The notes beneath the pieces were generated by a model. That model did no database searches and was not told the DNA's origin. It saw nothing but the letters and a program-made list of their open reading frames with translations. 49,990 nt of DNA, taken from IMG/VR virus record IMGVR_UViG_3300009609_000007; one strand, written 5' to 3'. The translations under genes and the position numbers were made by a program. Shown here piece after piece: positions 10,564-20,743 of this stretch; the stretch's first letter is position 1; each line of letters opens with the position of its first letter. The DNA comes from a virus.

Positions 10564-11207
10564 ACGGAGTTAGTGCTTCAAGCGGATTATGCCTTGCCCT
10601 AAAACAGGTCATAGAAGAATACCGCCCGATGCGAATAATCGAAACAGGAACATACCACGGCACTGGCACCACGAAAGCAATTATTGAAGCGTGTATATTG
10701 TCGCAAGTAAAATCAATTCTTTACAGCATTGAATCAGACAAGGGAAATGTCGAGTTGTCAAAAAAGAATTTAGCTTTTTATCTTACCAATCATTACTGCA
10801 AATTTGAAGTCCTGAGCGGAGTATCGGTTTCTAAAGAAGAAGCATTTACCACACCTTTAAATTATGCACACTTGCCGGAAGATATAATTGTCGACTTTGT
10901 AAACCCAAAAGATTATACCAGAGAAATTGCACACGCGAGCCGGTATAATTTATTAGAAGAATGTTTTGCGAGATTTGACGGTGAGCCAGACTTGGTTGTT
11001 TTAGACAGCGCAGGTCATCTTGGCTTGCAGGAATTTTTATACGTGGTAGAAAATGCCAGGAAAGATTTTATACTCGCGTTAGATGATATCAATCATATCA
11101 AACACCACGAATCAAAAAGGCTGATAACGGAAGTGGCATACAATGCGGAAATAATTCACCAAGGCGAAGATAAGTTTGGCTGGCTAATTGCAAAAATAAA
11201 AATATGA
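10536..11207 (+). CDS. Class I SAM-dependent methyltransferase-like protein
   Basis: IIETGTYHGTGTT glycine-rich loop, then VVLDSAGH and ALDDINH acidic motifs. ATG at 10536 overlaps the upstream gene end. Confidence 0.4.
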   Translation: MRLAKDICLNGVSASSGLCLALKQVIEEYRPMRIIETGTYHGTGTTKAIIEACILSQVKSILYSIESDKGNVELSKKNLAFYLTNHYCKFEVLSGVSVSKEEAFTTPLNYAHLPEDIIVDFVNPKDYTREIAHASRYNLLEECFARFDGEPDLVVLDSAGHLGLQEFLYVVENARKDFILALDDINHIKHHESKRLITEVAYNAEIIHQGEDKFGWLIAKIKI

Positions 11208-12052
11208 GAGTCGCGGTCACTATAATCTACAACGGGCTTCACCACTTGCTTAATCGCGGGTTCGCAAAACGAATGGCAGAAATGTTTGACGTTTGGGTCG
11301 TTGTAGATGGACTGTCAGATAACTTTGGCTCGGGCGGAAATAACAAATTAAACCTTCCTGCAATATCGCTGGACGGCACAATAGAATATCTTAATTCACT
11401 TATACCAAAATATCCTAACATTAAAATCCTTCAAAGGGAGACGCCTTGGAAAAGCAAGGACGAACAATTTAATTATGCACTAACATACCTTCGCGGTGTA
11501 TATGAAATCGATAATACTTACCTGTGGCAAGTAGACGCCGACGAACAATGGGAATTGGCTGATATTGTCCAGGCAGAAATCGACTTAAATAACGAAGGCG
11601 CAAATTGCGGAGCGTGTGGTTTCGTTCACCTAATGGGAATAGATTTAGTAGCAATCGGAGAGTGGTCAAGTTTCAGCTGGGCGCGGTTATGGAAATGGAA
11701 TGGACAAGAGTTACAGACACACGAACCGCCTATCATGCAAGGCGGAAACGGCAAGACTATTTTATTAAAACAGAAATTTATTCATTACAGTTATTACTTC
11801 GAGTTTGATGTTCGCTTTAAGGCTACATACTACAAGGGCTACCAAAGAATTTTGCAAGAGTGGCAGAAGCTTGTGAACGGCCGTATAAGAGTGCCAATAC
11901 GGGCTCACTTAGTTTTAAGACTCGGTAATAATAAAATGATTCGTCCAATATCTCGAACAAACATTCTACAATATGAAAATCAGAAAAATCAAATCTTGCA
12001 GAGGCAAGAAAGGCTGCCAGCTAACCAAGTCGTGGGAGTTGATGCAGACTAA
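11204..12052 (+). CDS. Putative GT-A-type glycosyltransferase
   Basis: ATGA overlap with the upstream gene. VAVTIIYNG...WVVVDGLSDN and WQVDADEQW (DxD-like). Confidence 0.35.
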   Translation: MRVAVTIIYNGLHHLLNRGFAKRMAEMFDVWVVVDGLSDNFGSGGNNKLNLPAISLDGTIEYLNSLIPKYPNIKILQRETPWKSKDEQFNYALTYLRGVYEIDNTYLWQVDADEQWELADIVQAEIDLNNEGANCGACGFVHLMGIDLVAIGEWSSFSWARLWKWNGQELQTHEPPIMQGGNGKTILLKQKFIHYSYYFEFDVRFKATYYKGYQRILQEWQKLVNGRIRVPIRAHLVLRLGNNKMIRPISRTNILQYENQKNQILQRQERLPANQVVGVDAD

Positions 12053-12067
12053 ATTAAAAATCGCAGC

Positions 12068-13969
12068 ATGAAAAAACTAACTGACGAACAGATAACCGAA
12101 AAGGTTATGGCTGCTGTCAACGAATACAAGAAGGCGGCAATGTCTTCTAAGGCGGACATCTATAAGCAAGACGGTAAATTAAATTGCACCGTATTCGGAG
12201 ACGTGCATGAGGTTTCTGTTTCAATGTATGAGAGGATTCGCGTCCATTCCGAACATGGTGTATTTCCGGAACTCTTGTTCCTTAATAAGAGTCCCAGAAT
12301 TCAAGCGGACGAATTTGATTACTTAAAAGATAATTTTAAAGGCGTTACGCTGCCGATTTTTATAGACTTTCTTAACACCCTTAAAAGGTGTTTTTATGAG
12401 GACAGCATGGAGTTCCAGAAAGAAGACGACACGCTTGTTAAGAATAAGCAAACCCTAAAAGACTATCTTGATATGCTTCCGAAATATGGAAACTTTTCTA
12501 CGTATATCAAAGACCTTTTTCCTAAGTTTAAGACCATCGATGCGATGGGGTTGGTTGTTATTCGACCACGAGATGTTCAATTTGATACAGCAGAAGACGG
12601 CATCACAAGAACAATCGCTAACACAGAAATGTTTGAGCCTTTGCCTTATAACATCTTGTCGAAAAATATTATCGCGTTCGAGGAAGACGAGTGGTACTTG
12701 GTTTTAAGCGAAGAAAAATCCGAGGTAAGATACAAGACGAAGTTAGAAAACAAGGGAATGATTTTTGAATATTACGACAAAGAAACAATAAAGAGAGTCG
12801 TTCAATTTGGAAACTTTGTCGACTATACTTTTAACCTCGAAGAATTCCTGCCACATAACCTGGGTTATGTTCCTGCTCGTCGCTGCAAAGGCATTCCGTG
12901 CATATACGGAGATAATTTAGTGTGGCAATCGCCTTACTTGTACGCTGTCGACATTCTTGACCTTGTGCTGCTTAATGCAACAAACCTGATGTTGAGTATT
13001 TATAATTGTGCCTACCCAATAAAAATAATGTATGGAGATTTGTGTGAGGCGCCTTATACAGATGCGAACAGTACGTCTACGATTTGCCAAAATGGACAGG
13101 TGTTTGATACTGTAAAACAAGCGAACATCCAATGTCCGTCTTGCCACGGGTCGGGAATGAAAACACGATTGTCGCCTACAGGCCTTTTATTATTAAAACC
13201 AAGGTCTTCAATGTCGCCCAATGATGCAGGATTTGAAAACGCCAAGCCCGTAGAATATGTTTCTCCAGACCCTTCAATTATGGACTGGCTAAATAAAAAA
13301 ATACATGAGGACGAGCTTCGCGCCAAAAGAGTCCTTCACTTGCACACATCATCTTCAGAGGTGCAGGGAAAAGAAAATCTGTTAGCCACGGATATGATGC
13401 TGGACAATAAGGCGATGTATGCTTTTATCCGGCCGCAATCAGACCAGATTCACGACATGACATTTTTTTGTGTTGACACGATAGGTAAGATGCGTTATGG
13501 CACAAAATTTGTCCAGCCAAAATACAAGAAGCCTGTATCGTTTGACTTAATGACGGAGAGCGAATATTTAATTAGAATATCCGAAGCAACAAAAGCAGGC
13601 GCGCCAAACTTTATCATCTACGCAATGATGGTACAGTATTTAAAATCTTTTTATTCCACAGACACTCAATCCGCTAAGGTTACAGAACTTATAATTGTCG
13701 TAGACAGGTTGTTGACACACACGCCAGAGGATATTATCGTGAAAAAGAATCGTAACCTTGTCGCAGATTGGGAAATTTATTTACATGACAGTCCTGTTAC
13801 TTTGACAAATATGATTATCAAAGAACTTGGCGGCATTGAAAAGTTCTTATCAACGCCCATATCTGAACTGGCAGAGAAAATGATGCAGCTCGCTAAATCA
13901 CAAATGGAATTAATTACGGCAGAGATACCTGTCGAAGTTGAAGCCGAACCGTTTATCAGCGGTAATTAA
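12068..13969 (+). CDS. Putative portal protein
   Basis: 633 aa, immediately upstream of a MuF/SPP1 gp7-like gene, scaffold and capsid. Called from synteny and size. Contains a CPSCHGSG motif. Confidence 0.5.
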   Translation: MKKLTDEQITEKVMAAVNEYKKAAMSSKADIYKQDGKLNCTVFGDVHEVSVSMYERIRVHSEHGVFPELLFLNKSPRIQADEFDYLKDNFKGVTLPIFIDFLNTLKRCFYEDSMEFQKEDDTLVKNKQTLKDYLDMLPKYGNFSTYIKDLFPKFKTIDAMGLVVIRPRDVQFDTAEDGITRTIANTEMFEPLPYNILSKNIIAFEEDEWYLVLSEEKSEVRYKTKLENKGMIFEYYDKETIKRVVQFGNFVDYTFNLEEFLPHNLGYVPARRCKGIPCIYGDNLVWQSPYLYAVDILDLVLLNATNLMLSIYNCAYPIKIMYGDLCEAPYTDANSTSTICQNGQVFDTVKQANIQCPSCHGSGMKTRLSPTGLLLLKPRSSMSPNDAGFENAKPVEYVSPDPSIMDWLNKKIHEDELRAKRVLHLHTSSSEVQGKENLLATDMMLDNKAMYAFIRPQSDQIHDMTFFCVDTIGKMRYGTKFVQPKYKKPVSFDLMTESEYLIRISEATKAGAPNFIIYAMMVQYLKSFYSTDTQSAKVTELIIVVDRLLTHTPEDIIVKKNRNLVADWEIYLHDSPVTLTNMIIKELGGIEKFLSTPISELAEKMMQLAKSQMELITAEIPVEVEAEPFISGN

Positions 13970-14883
13970 TGAAGGACACTCTTAAGAAGATACTGGAAGA
14001 AAAAGCAGCTCGGATAGAATCCGTGCCTGATAAGTTTTTAACCCAAGTTGACAAGGCTCAACTTCAAGCGTACAACAACATTCTTGAATTGCTCGCGGAA
14101 TTAAATGTCGAGGGCGGCAGGCTTGTTAAATCAAAGAAGAATTTCCGTATCGCGGACGACATCAACGCAGAGCTCAAGAAAGTTCTCAAGTCCACAGACT
14201 ATTATGATGCCGTAAAAAGTTTCGTAAAAGACATTGGTGTTCAAGATAGTCTTACATTTGATTATTTCTCTAAAGCGTTTCCTAAGGTCAAGAAGATAGA
14301 AACCGAAATAGCAAAAGAGATTAAGAAACGAAGCCAAGCGGAGGCGATACAAGTGCTGCAAGGTATAAGCCTTGATAAAGCGTACATAGAGCCCCTTAAA
14401 ACAGTTATCTCTGAGGCAGTGTACACGAACGCTGATTTTAAGGCCACATTGCGTACGATAAGAGAATTAGCTGTCGGGAGCAAGACCAAAGAAGGCAAGC
14501 TAAATCAATACGCGACCCAAGTAGCTTACGACACCTTTGCGGTAAGCGACCGCAGCTATACACAGGCGATATCACAAGACATTAATGCTGAATGGTTTTT
14601 TTACTCGGGCGACACCTTGCCTACCTCTCGTGAATTTTGCATATCGAGGTCTAACGAATATTTTAGTAAACAAGAGGTGCAAGCGTGGGCGGAATTAAAA
14701 TGGGGCGGCAAGCACGTCAACACCAATAAAGATACCATTTTTAAATACGCTGGCGGTTATCGGTGTGGTCATTCCATAATGCCTGTATCCGTATTTGATG
14801 TGCCAAAAGATGTATTATTTCGCAACATCAAAAAAGGTTACTTTAAACCTTCAAAAGATTTACGTAAAGAATTGGATATCTAA
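13969..14883 (+). CDS. Minor head protein, Mu F / SPP1 gp7-like
   Basis: C-terminal ...PTSREFC...YAGGYRCGHSIMPV resembles the Mu F-like domain end. TAATG junction with the portal candidate. Confidence 0.55.
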   Translation: MKDTLKKILEEKAARIESVPDKFLTQVDKAQLQAYNNILELLAELNVEGGRLVKSKKNFRIADDINAELKKVLKSTDYYDAVKSFVKDIGVQDSLTFDYFSKAFPKVKKIETEIAKEIKKRSQAEAIQVLQGISLDKAYIEPLKTVISEAVYTNADFKATLRTIRELAVGSKTKEGKLNQYATQVAYDTFAVSDRSYTQAISQDINAEWFFYSGDTLPTSREFCISRSNEYFSKQEVQAWAELKWGGKHVNTNKDTIFKYAGGYRCGHSIMPVSVFDVPKDVLFRNIKKGYFKPSKDLRKELDI

Positions 14884-14893
14884 AAATTAAATA

Positions 14894-14901
14894 TAAATTT
14901 G
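14894..14901 (+). promoter_or_regulatory. -7 promoter box TAAATTTG(C)
   Basis: Perfect TAnnTTTG, 7 nt upstream of the ATG at 14908. Confidence 0.5.
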
Positions 14902-14907
14902 CAGCAA

Positions 14908-15204
14908 ATGTCAAAAACCAATCTTCTAATCCGGTGCGTCAGTAAACTTAAAAAAGTTAAACACCTGGTGCCTAAAATTGCATTTAACGAAATCCGTATG
15001 AAACAAATCGGGTTCGTGATTTCAGACCCGATGGCGGACGAAAAATACTTAGCATATTTTCGCAAGCCTCGACCTGACAAGCCAACCAAAGTAATTAAGC
15101 CCGCAGCAACTAATGAGCAGGCGCCTCCAGACCTTGCGTCTATGCTCGCAGGTACCACACACCCTGGCGCCGAAACAATTCCTATCCCACCCGAACAATC
15201 TTAA
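14908..15204 (+). CDS. Hypothetical protein
   Basis: ATG at 14908; the track start at 14899 is TTG inside the promoter box. 98 aa with a Pro-rich C-terminus. Confidence 0.4.
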   Translation: MSKTNLLIRCVSKLKKVKHLVPKIAFNEIRMKQIGFVISDPMADEKYLAYFRKPRPDKPTKVIKPAATNEQAPPDLASMLAGTTHPGAETIPIPPEQS

Positions 15205-15216
15205 TCTAAATAAAAA

Positions 15217-16056
15217 ATGTCAAAAGAAATCTTAACCTTCTTAGGCTTCAAGGAAGATGTTACCCTTGATGACTTCAAAAAAGAATTTGAAACAAAATTC
15301 GTCAATCGTAAAACGGCCGAAAAAGACTCGGAGTTAATTTCTAAAATCACTGGTTCGAGAATTGGCAGCCTTGAAACCAAAGTCAAAGCCATCGCTAAAA
15401 AACACGGCGTGGAATTAAAGGCAGAGCACCTTACTGACAAACAAGTTGAAGACATCTTGGAAACGAGTTTTGATTTGTTGGTTGAAAGCGGCAACAAGGC
15501 TATTGACGAAGCGAAAACCCAAGGCGCTGCTGGCACGGACGTAAATGTTAAACGACTGGAAAAAGAACTCGAAAAGGCAAACGAGAGAATCAAAGAAGAA
15601 AAAGAGGGTCGCAAAACTGCAATAACCGAACACGAGAAATATAAGCAGGAAGTAATTGTTCAGGCTCGCAGCGGTAAGATTTCAGACCATAAAAAAGCCA
15701 AACTGGGCGAGTATAAATTTAAACAAGGTATTTCAGAGATTGAAAAACTTGGCTTCAATGCTATACTCGAAGAAAAGTTCGAAGTTGATTTGGATGAAAA
15801 GTCCGGCGACTTTATTGTGTTGGACAAGAAAACAAAAAAACAAATGCCTTCCGCCAAAATAGCAGGTGAGTTAAAAAGCCTGGATGAAGTAATTGACGAG
15901 CTCGCGGTATCGCAGGGCATAAACCTTAAAAACGAATTTAACGGCAAGCCAGCCTTCAGTACGCAGGTTAAACCAACAGTCGCAGGTCAACCAGCACAGG
16001 TAAATGGCGCACCCGTACAATCAGCAAGGGAGTTGCATCCTTTAGCTGGAAAATAA
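15217..16056 (+). CDS. Putative scaffolding protein
   Basis: Highly charged and helical (KRLEKELEKANERIKEEKEGRK). Directly upstream of the capsid candidate. Confidence 0.5.
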   Translation: MSKEILTFLGFKEDVTLDDFKKEFETKFVNRKTAEKDSELISKITGSRIGSLETKVKAIAKKHGVELKAEHLTDKQVEDILETSFDLLVESGNKAIDEAKTQGAAGTDVNVKRLEKELEKANERIKEEKEGRKTAITEHEKYKQEVIVQARSGKISDHKKAKLGEYKFKQGISEIEKLGFNAILEEKFEVDLDEKSGDFIVLDKKTKKQMPSAKIAGELKSLDEVIDELAVSQGINLKNEFNGKPAFSTQVKPTVAGQPAQVNGAPVQSARELHPLAGK

Positions 16057-16154
16057 TAGCGACAAGCAAGTGCCTTTTCGGATGGCATTGAAACCGATTG
16101 TGTCCTTTAGGGCTCGGACAATAAACAAGAGTCTAATCTTAGTAAACAATACCA

Positions 16155-17219
16155 ATGTCACGTTCACTTGTATTATGTCCGTGTCCTAATATTCAGGACT
16201 CGTTGAACAACAATTTCCTGACGTGCAATTCCGGTATGCTTCGTGAAGATATGCCAATATTGGACTGGCTAACCAGCCCAATAAATTCTGGCGCACTCCG
16301 CACAAAAGTAAACCCCGGAAAAGGCAAAGTAAGGACAGTAACACTGACTCATTGGCAGCGTTTGACCAAAGACCAAATTCAAGAGAATCGAACCAATCCT
16401 TCCTGTACGGCTGAAACCGTTCGCGGAAACTTTTGCACAGATTACACTATTGACACCGAAGAAAACGTAGCTGTCGAGGAATTCATCACCCTCGATGACT
16501 GGAAAGACGTTTGCGAAAACAACGGTGAAATGTACGTCAACCTCATTCAAAGAATGATTGACGGATTAATGTGGAAGCTGTGGGAAAAGACCGCAGAGCA
16601 AGTTGCCGCGCTGGTAGGCGCCTGGGGAGCTTCTGTTGATAATGTTGTTGGCGGAAACTTGGAGGTGCCAACCTTAAAAACGGGTACAACTGATGAGATA
16701 TTTCCATTCACCATGGAGGATATCGATTTAGCAATCCGTCAATCAGGATATTGCGCCAACCAAGCCTTCTTCAGCGGCACATTGCTCTATAAATACTTCC
16801 GCAGAATTTTAGCAGGATGTTGCGCCAACCAAGGCGTCAACCTTGCTGACATAATGCGTTTGTATGGCAGGGCGATTGCTTATGACAGGGAAATGGCGAC
16901 AGCGTTAGGCGGTAATGAATTTGCAATCGCAACACAACCTTCTGCTCTTGTGCTTTTACAGTACTCGAAAAACGAAGCGTGGGACGATGCGGAAATGCAA
17001 GACCTGATTAAAATCGGTTCAGACTATCACCCACGGGCGATACGTGACCCGAAAACAGGAATCATCATCGACTTCAACACCAAGGTCAGCTGCGGTAAAA
17101 TTTACCTTGAAATGTTTGCAACTACTAAAGTGGTAGGTATGCCAGACAATTTGTACGACACGGTCGATGAATTTAATGGTGTAAACTTTGTAAACTCAAT
17201 CAAGGTAGTAAACACCTAA
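16155..17219 (+). CDS. Putative major capsid protein
   Basis: 354 aa, follows the scaffold candidate after a hairpin-containing gap. Called from synteny and size only. Confidence 0.55.
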   Translation: MSRSLVLCPCPNIQDSLNNNFLTCNSGMLREDMPILDWLTSPINSGALRTKVNPGKGKVRTVTLTHWQRLTKDQIQENRTNPSCTAETVRGNFCTDYTIDTEENVAVEEFITLDDWKDVCENNGEMYVNLIQRMIDGLMWKLWEKTAEQVAALVGAWGASVDNVVGGNLEVPTLKTGTTDEIFPFTMEDIDLAIRQSGYCANQAFFSGTLLYKYFRRILAGCCANQGVNLADIMRLYGRAIAYDREMATALGGNEFAIATQPSALVLLQYSKNEAWDDAEMQDLIKIGSDYHPRAIRDPKTGIIIDFNTKVSCGKIYLEMFATTKVVGMPDNLYDTVDEFNGVNFVNSIKVVNT

Positions 17220-17223
17220 GCCA

Positions 17224-18543
17224 ATGAAGTGTTCCTATTTATACGAAATTCCGGACGAAGCCTCAACAGGCTTTGTTCCGGAATTTGTATCTATTGTAAT
17301 TGATGGAGCAACGGTAACGATACCTGCTCCAATTCCTTTTAACGAAACCCAAAACATTAAAAAGTCTTTCATCCAGCATATTTTAAAATCAGGAGAAAGC
17401 ATCAGTTTATCACGAGACACCACAAATCAAATTTATAAATTATATGTCAATTGTACGTCACGGACTTTTGGTGATTTAAACATAACGATAGACGGAGCGC
17501 CGCAAGCTATCTCGGTTGGTGATTGCGACCCCGCAACCTGCCAAGACGATTGCTTTAGCACGTTGGTAGGAATTAAAGACCTTTGCAGCAACGAAGATTT
17601 TTCTTTATACCTTGATGATGTTGGCATATCAAAAACCTTTGTCGATAAAATCATCAACTCGGAATACAAAAACGGATTTGACTTTTATCAAGCCAAATAC
17701 GGACTCGCTATCGAGAAGCTAAAGAAGAAGCTCGCCATTTATTTAGCGTCCGTGATGAAGAATAAAAGCGTTCTTGAAAACCTAAGGCTCGGACACCTAA
17801 AAGATAACCGAGTTGTAATAACAGGCTCAGAATTTAAGGGCATCGAAATCGAGCTAAATAACATTAGCTCATACCTAAGTTTTGAGCTCACGGAACTTTC
17901 TATTGCGCTTACAACCTCAGAAATCGTTGATATACTTGTTTACAACGTCACGACAGGACAATTACTCGACGTGATAACAATTACATCAGACGCCAACAAT
18001 ATATCCGTCTTAGAGCTTCGCAATGCGTATAAATCAAATAAAAAAGACTTACATATCGCACTCATTTACGATTCAACAGGTATTGACAGCTTAAAGACGG
18101 AATTGTCTAAGACAGGCTGCGGCACTTGCTCTAAGGGATATTTTTACAACCAAATCATATCTGCCAACGGTGTTAAGATAAATGCAGGAGATGATATTTT
18201 AGACACTAACCTAAGGCGCCAAAGCGAAACGGGCGGGCTTGGGATTGTGTTCAATGTTACTTGCGATTATGAAGCGTGGCTCTGTTCTATTGCCAGCTCA
18301 ATAGGATTATCCTTGCTATATCTAACCGCTGAAGAGATTTACAATTATGCGTTATTAAATTCAAAGCGTATTAATGACGAAGCGTTTTTCTCTGAAGACG
18401 AATTAAAGCAGCTTGTTGCTAATTCGCATTCAGAATTTGAAACGTCCTTACAAACCGTTCTACAAAACATGAACCTGCCTACGGACAAATATTGCTTCCG
18501 TTGCGAGTCGCCTATCAAATCATTTGCCCACGTTTCGCCATGA
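17224..18543 (+). CDS. Hypothetical virion-module protein
   Basis: 439-aa ORF between the capsid and head-tail genes. Confidence 0.3.
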   Translation: MKCSYLYEIPDEASTGFVPEFVSIVIDGATVTIPAPIPFNETQNIKKSFIQHILKSGESISLSRDTTNQIYKLYVNCTSRTFGDLNITIDGAPQAISVGDCDPATCQDDCFSTLVGIKDLCSNEDFSLYLDDVGISKTFVDKIINSEYKNGFDFYQAKYGLAIEKLKKKLAIYLASVMKNKSVLENLRLGHLKDNRVVITGSEFKGIEIELNNISSYLSFELTELSIALTTSEIVDILVYNVTTGQLLDVITITSDANNISVLELRNAYKSNKKDLHIALIYDSTGIDSLKTELSKTGCGTCSKGYFYNQIISANGVKINAGDDILDTNLRRQSETGGLGIVFNVTCDYEAWLCSIASSIGLSLLYLTAEEIYNYALLNSKRINDEAFFSEDELKQLVANSHSEFETSLQTVLQNMNLPTDKYCFRCESPIKSFAHVSP

Positions 18544-19100
18544 GCACCGTAGATGAGTACATACAAAAGCTGGACAAAATTGCAGACCAAGCTGTAATAT
18601 CTGCCGCGCTAACGAAAGCCGTGTCAAGCATTCATGCCAGGATATCGAAACGTATTTTTACGGACGGCAAAAAAACGGACGGCAGCAACATTGGGCAATA
18701 CGACACGAAGAATGAAATTTACGTTAATCCTAAAACAGCGGTAAGATTAAAGGGCGTCAATCCACCTCAAGGCAAACATGGCGACCAGGCATTCGGCAAC
18801 GGCAAGCCGCACAAAACAAGATACTTTCCTAACTACAAAGAATTCCGCCAAGCAGTTGACCGGAGAACAGACAAAGTAAATCTAAATCTTACGGGCGATT
18901 TAAAAAGCGACTTTGATTCGGGATTAATTAAAGTATCTGATTTGGAATACCACATCGTTTTGAAGCGCGATATAAATTCAGACAAAGCACACGGAAATGA
19001 AGACCACTTTGGCGGATTAATATTTAAGATGTCTAAAGCCGAAAAAGATTCTGTAAATAAAATATTTGGTCAAGAATTAAAAGTGTTGTTTAATAAATGA
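18540..19100 (+). CDS. Putative head-tail joining protein (HK97 gp10-like)
   Basis: ATGA overlap at 18540-18543. VNLNLTGDLKSDF pattern. Position after the capsid. Confidence 0.3.
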   Translation: MSTVDEYIQKLDKIADQAVISAALTKAVSSIHARISKRIFTDGKKTDGSNIGQYDTKNEIYVNPKTAVRLKGVNPPQGKHGDQAFGNGKPHKTRYFPNYKEFRQAVDRRTDKVNLNLTGDLKSDFDSGLIKVSDLEYHIVLKRDINSDKAHGNEDHFGGLIFKMSKAEKDSVNKIFGQELKVLFNK

Positions 19101-19651
19101 AAAATTCAATACAATACCTGGCGGAAAGATTAATCGATTACGGATTATTCGAAGAGGTTCACGACCTTGCGGAGATAGTCGTCAATAAAGATAAGTCCTA
19201 TCCTGCGGTGTATAAAGGCAAAGGCGAGTATCAAAGAATCAACGGCAAGGACGCTTCACTTGGAATTGCTTACATACGTTTGAATGGAGATATTACGGAT
19301 ACGGAATCCGAAGAACAGTTTACATCTTGCCAGCAAATCGTTAAACGAAATCTTCCTTTAAAACTTGTCGCCATTGTGCCACGTGCGAAAATTGATTGTG
19401 ATGATAATTACTCAGAGCTTCTTGTCTTGTCTGATTTAAAACGTATTATACAAGGGCTCAAAAAATCAGACCACCAGGCAATAAGAGTTGAGCTCGATTC
19501 GGTATCAAGCAGCACTAACGGTTCTGACATAATGAAAGAAGAATCAGACCTTCTTAAAGACGTGGCGCCGAGTTATATTTACGTATCAATAAAATTTAAT
19601 TTAATAATTCACCAGGACGTTATTTGTTTGCCGGAATTATGTTACTATTAA
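19097..19651 (+). CDS. Hypothetical head-tail/tail protein
   Basis: ATGA overlap with the upstream gene. 184 aa. Confidence 0.3.
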   Translation: MKNSIQYLAERLIDYGLFEEVHDLAEIVVNKDKSYPAVYKGKGEYQRINGKDASLGIAYIRLNGDITDTESEEQFTSCQQIVKRNLPLKLVAIVPRAKIDCDDNYSELLVLSDLKRIIQGLKKSDHQAIRVELDSVSSSTNGSDIMKEESDLLKDVAPSYIYVSIKFNLIIHQDVICLPELCYY

Positions 19652-20106
19652 AAAGGTTTTTATTTACCGACGAGACCACCATAGGCGCTTTAACCTATCA
19701 GGGTGTTGGTATCTGTTGGACGCTGGAAGACAAAGACCGCGGGCTCAACCAATTAATGCCTGCCGAGACGATTAAGCAAATAAAAGTCTTTGGTAAAACC
19801 GCAATACCGATTGGCAAATATAAATTCGAGTTTTACAATTCACCTAAGCATGGAGAGGTGTATTTATTAAAGAACGTACCAGGATTCGAATACATCGAAA
19901 TTCATCCTGCTAATACCGACGAACAGCTATTAGGGTGCATTGCTCCTGGAAGCAAATATTATGAAGACAAAAAAGGCAGCTATGCGGTATCCGAAAGTCG
20001 AATCGCTCGCGACAAATTGTATAAGCTAATTCAAGACAATAAAATCGACACAATTTTAATCTACAAAGATGGCCAGCAGACAAATAATGCCGCCCAAGCA
20101 AGTTAG
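19639..20106 (+). CDS. DUF5675-like protein, possible cell-wall hydrolase
   Basis: TAIPIGKYKFEFYNSPKHGEVYLLKNVPGFEYIEIHPANTDEQLLGCIAPG shows an H...GC pattern like YkuD-type folds. First ATG at 19639. Confidence 0.35.
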   Translation: MLLLKRFLFTDETTIGALTYQGVGICWTLEDKDRGLNQLMPAETIKQIKVFGKTAIPIGKYKFEFYNSPKHGEVYLLKNVPGFEYIEIHPANTDEQLLGCIAPGSKYYEDKKGSYAVSESRIARDKLYKLIQDNKIDTILIYKDGQQTNNAAQAS

Positions 20107-20530
20107 GAGCACAGCCCGCGGTTGCTGCGGAGGCTCAGCACAATCCATAGACGATTTGTCTTCTGGCGGAACCCCTCCAGCCCATTGCACTCCCGTTTGT
20201 ACTTATACGGTGACAATATTTCTTTTCGCTTCGGGAACTATTGATGCGATTTCAAGATGTGGCGACACTGAATTATTGGCTATGGGTGGCTTTTTATTGG
20301 AGGATTTGGTTGTTGACAGCACTCCATTAAAGAATCGGTTAATCGGCATTATAGGCTGTAATAGCGATATTGTCGTTGTTGTAACACAGCAGCCTGTAAG
20401 TTTTTTCTTCGACATCTCAATTACGGTTGCCTGTCAGGACAGATGTTGCCTTGATGAAATTACGGGCGCTGATGGTGAGGGTGGATTCTACAGTACAAAT
20501 TTCGTTGAATTAGATTGTCAACCATTTTAA
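20069..20530 (+). CDS. Cys-rich hypothetical protein (start uncertain: 20069 or 20087)
   Basis: About 11 Cys in 153 aa (RGCCGG, HCTPVC, CQDRCC). Confidence 0.3.
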   Translation: MASRQIMPPKQVRSTARGCCGGSAQSIDDLSSGGTPPAHCTPVCTYTVTIFLFASGTIDAISRCGDTELLAMGGFLLEDLVVDSTPLKNRLIGIIGCNSDIVVVVTQQPVSFFFDISITVACQDRCCLDEITGADGEGGFYSTNFVELDCQPF

Positions 20531-20539
20531 AACCATATT

Positions 20540-20743
20540 ATGGAGCCTACACCAAAAGAATTGCACGATGAATTAATTAATATTGGAAATAACGAACCAG
20601 TATTAGAAGCCTATTTATTATCATACCCGGCAGCGCAAAAATTGATTCAGCTGAAGGTTGTTGAGATTAAGGACGGCAAATATTGTTTAAATGATTTGGG
20701 TAAAAAGGCATTTACATTCAGGCAAAAAATAAAGACAAAATGA
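20540..20743 (+). CDS. Small hypothetical protein
   Basis: 67-aa ORF, tightly packed. Confidence 0.3.
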   Translation: MEPTPKELHDELINIGNNEPVLEAYLLSYPAAQKLIQLKVVEIKDGKYCLNDLGKKAFTFRQKIKTK

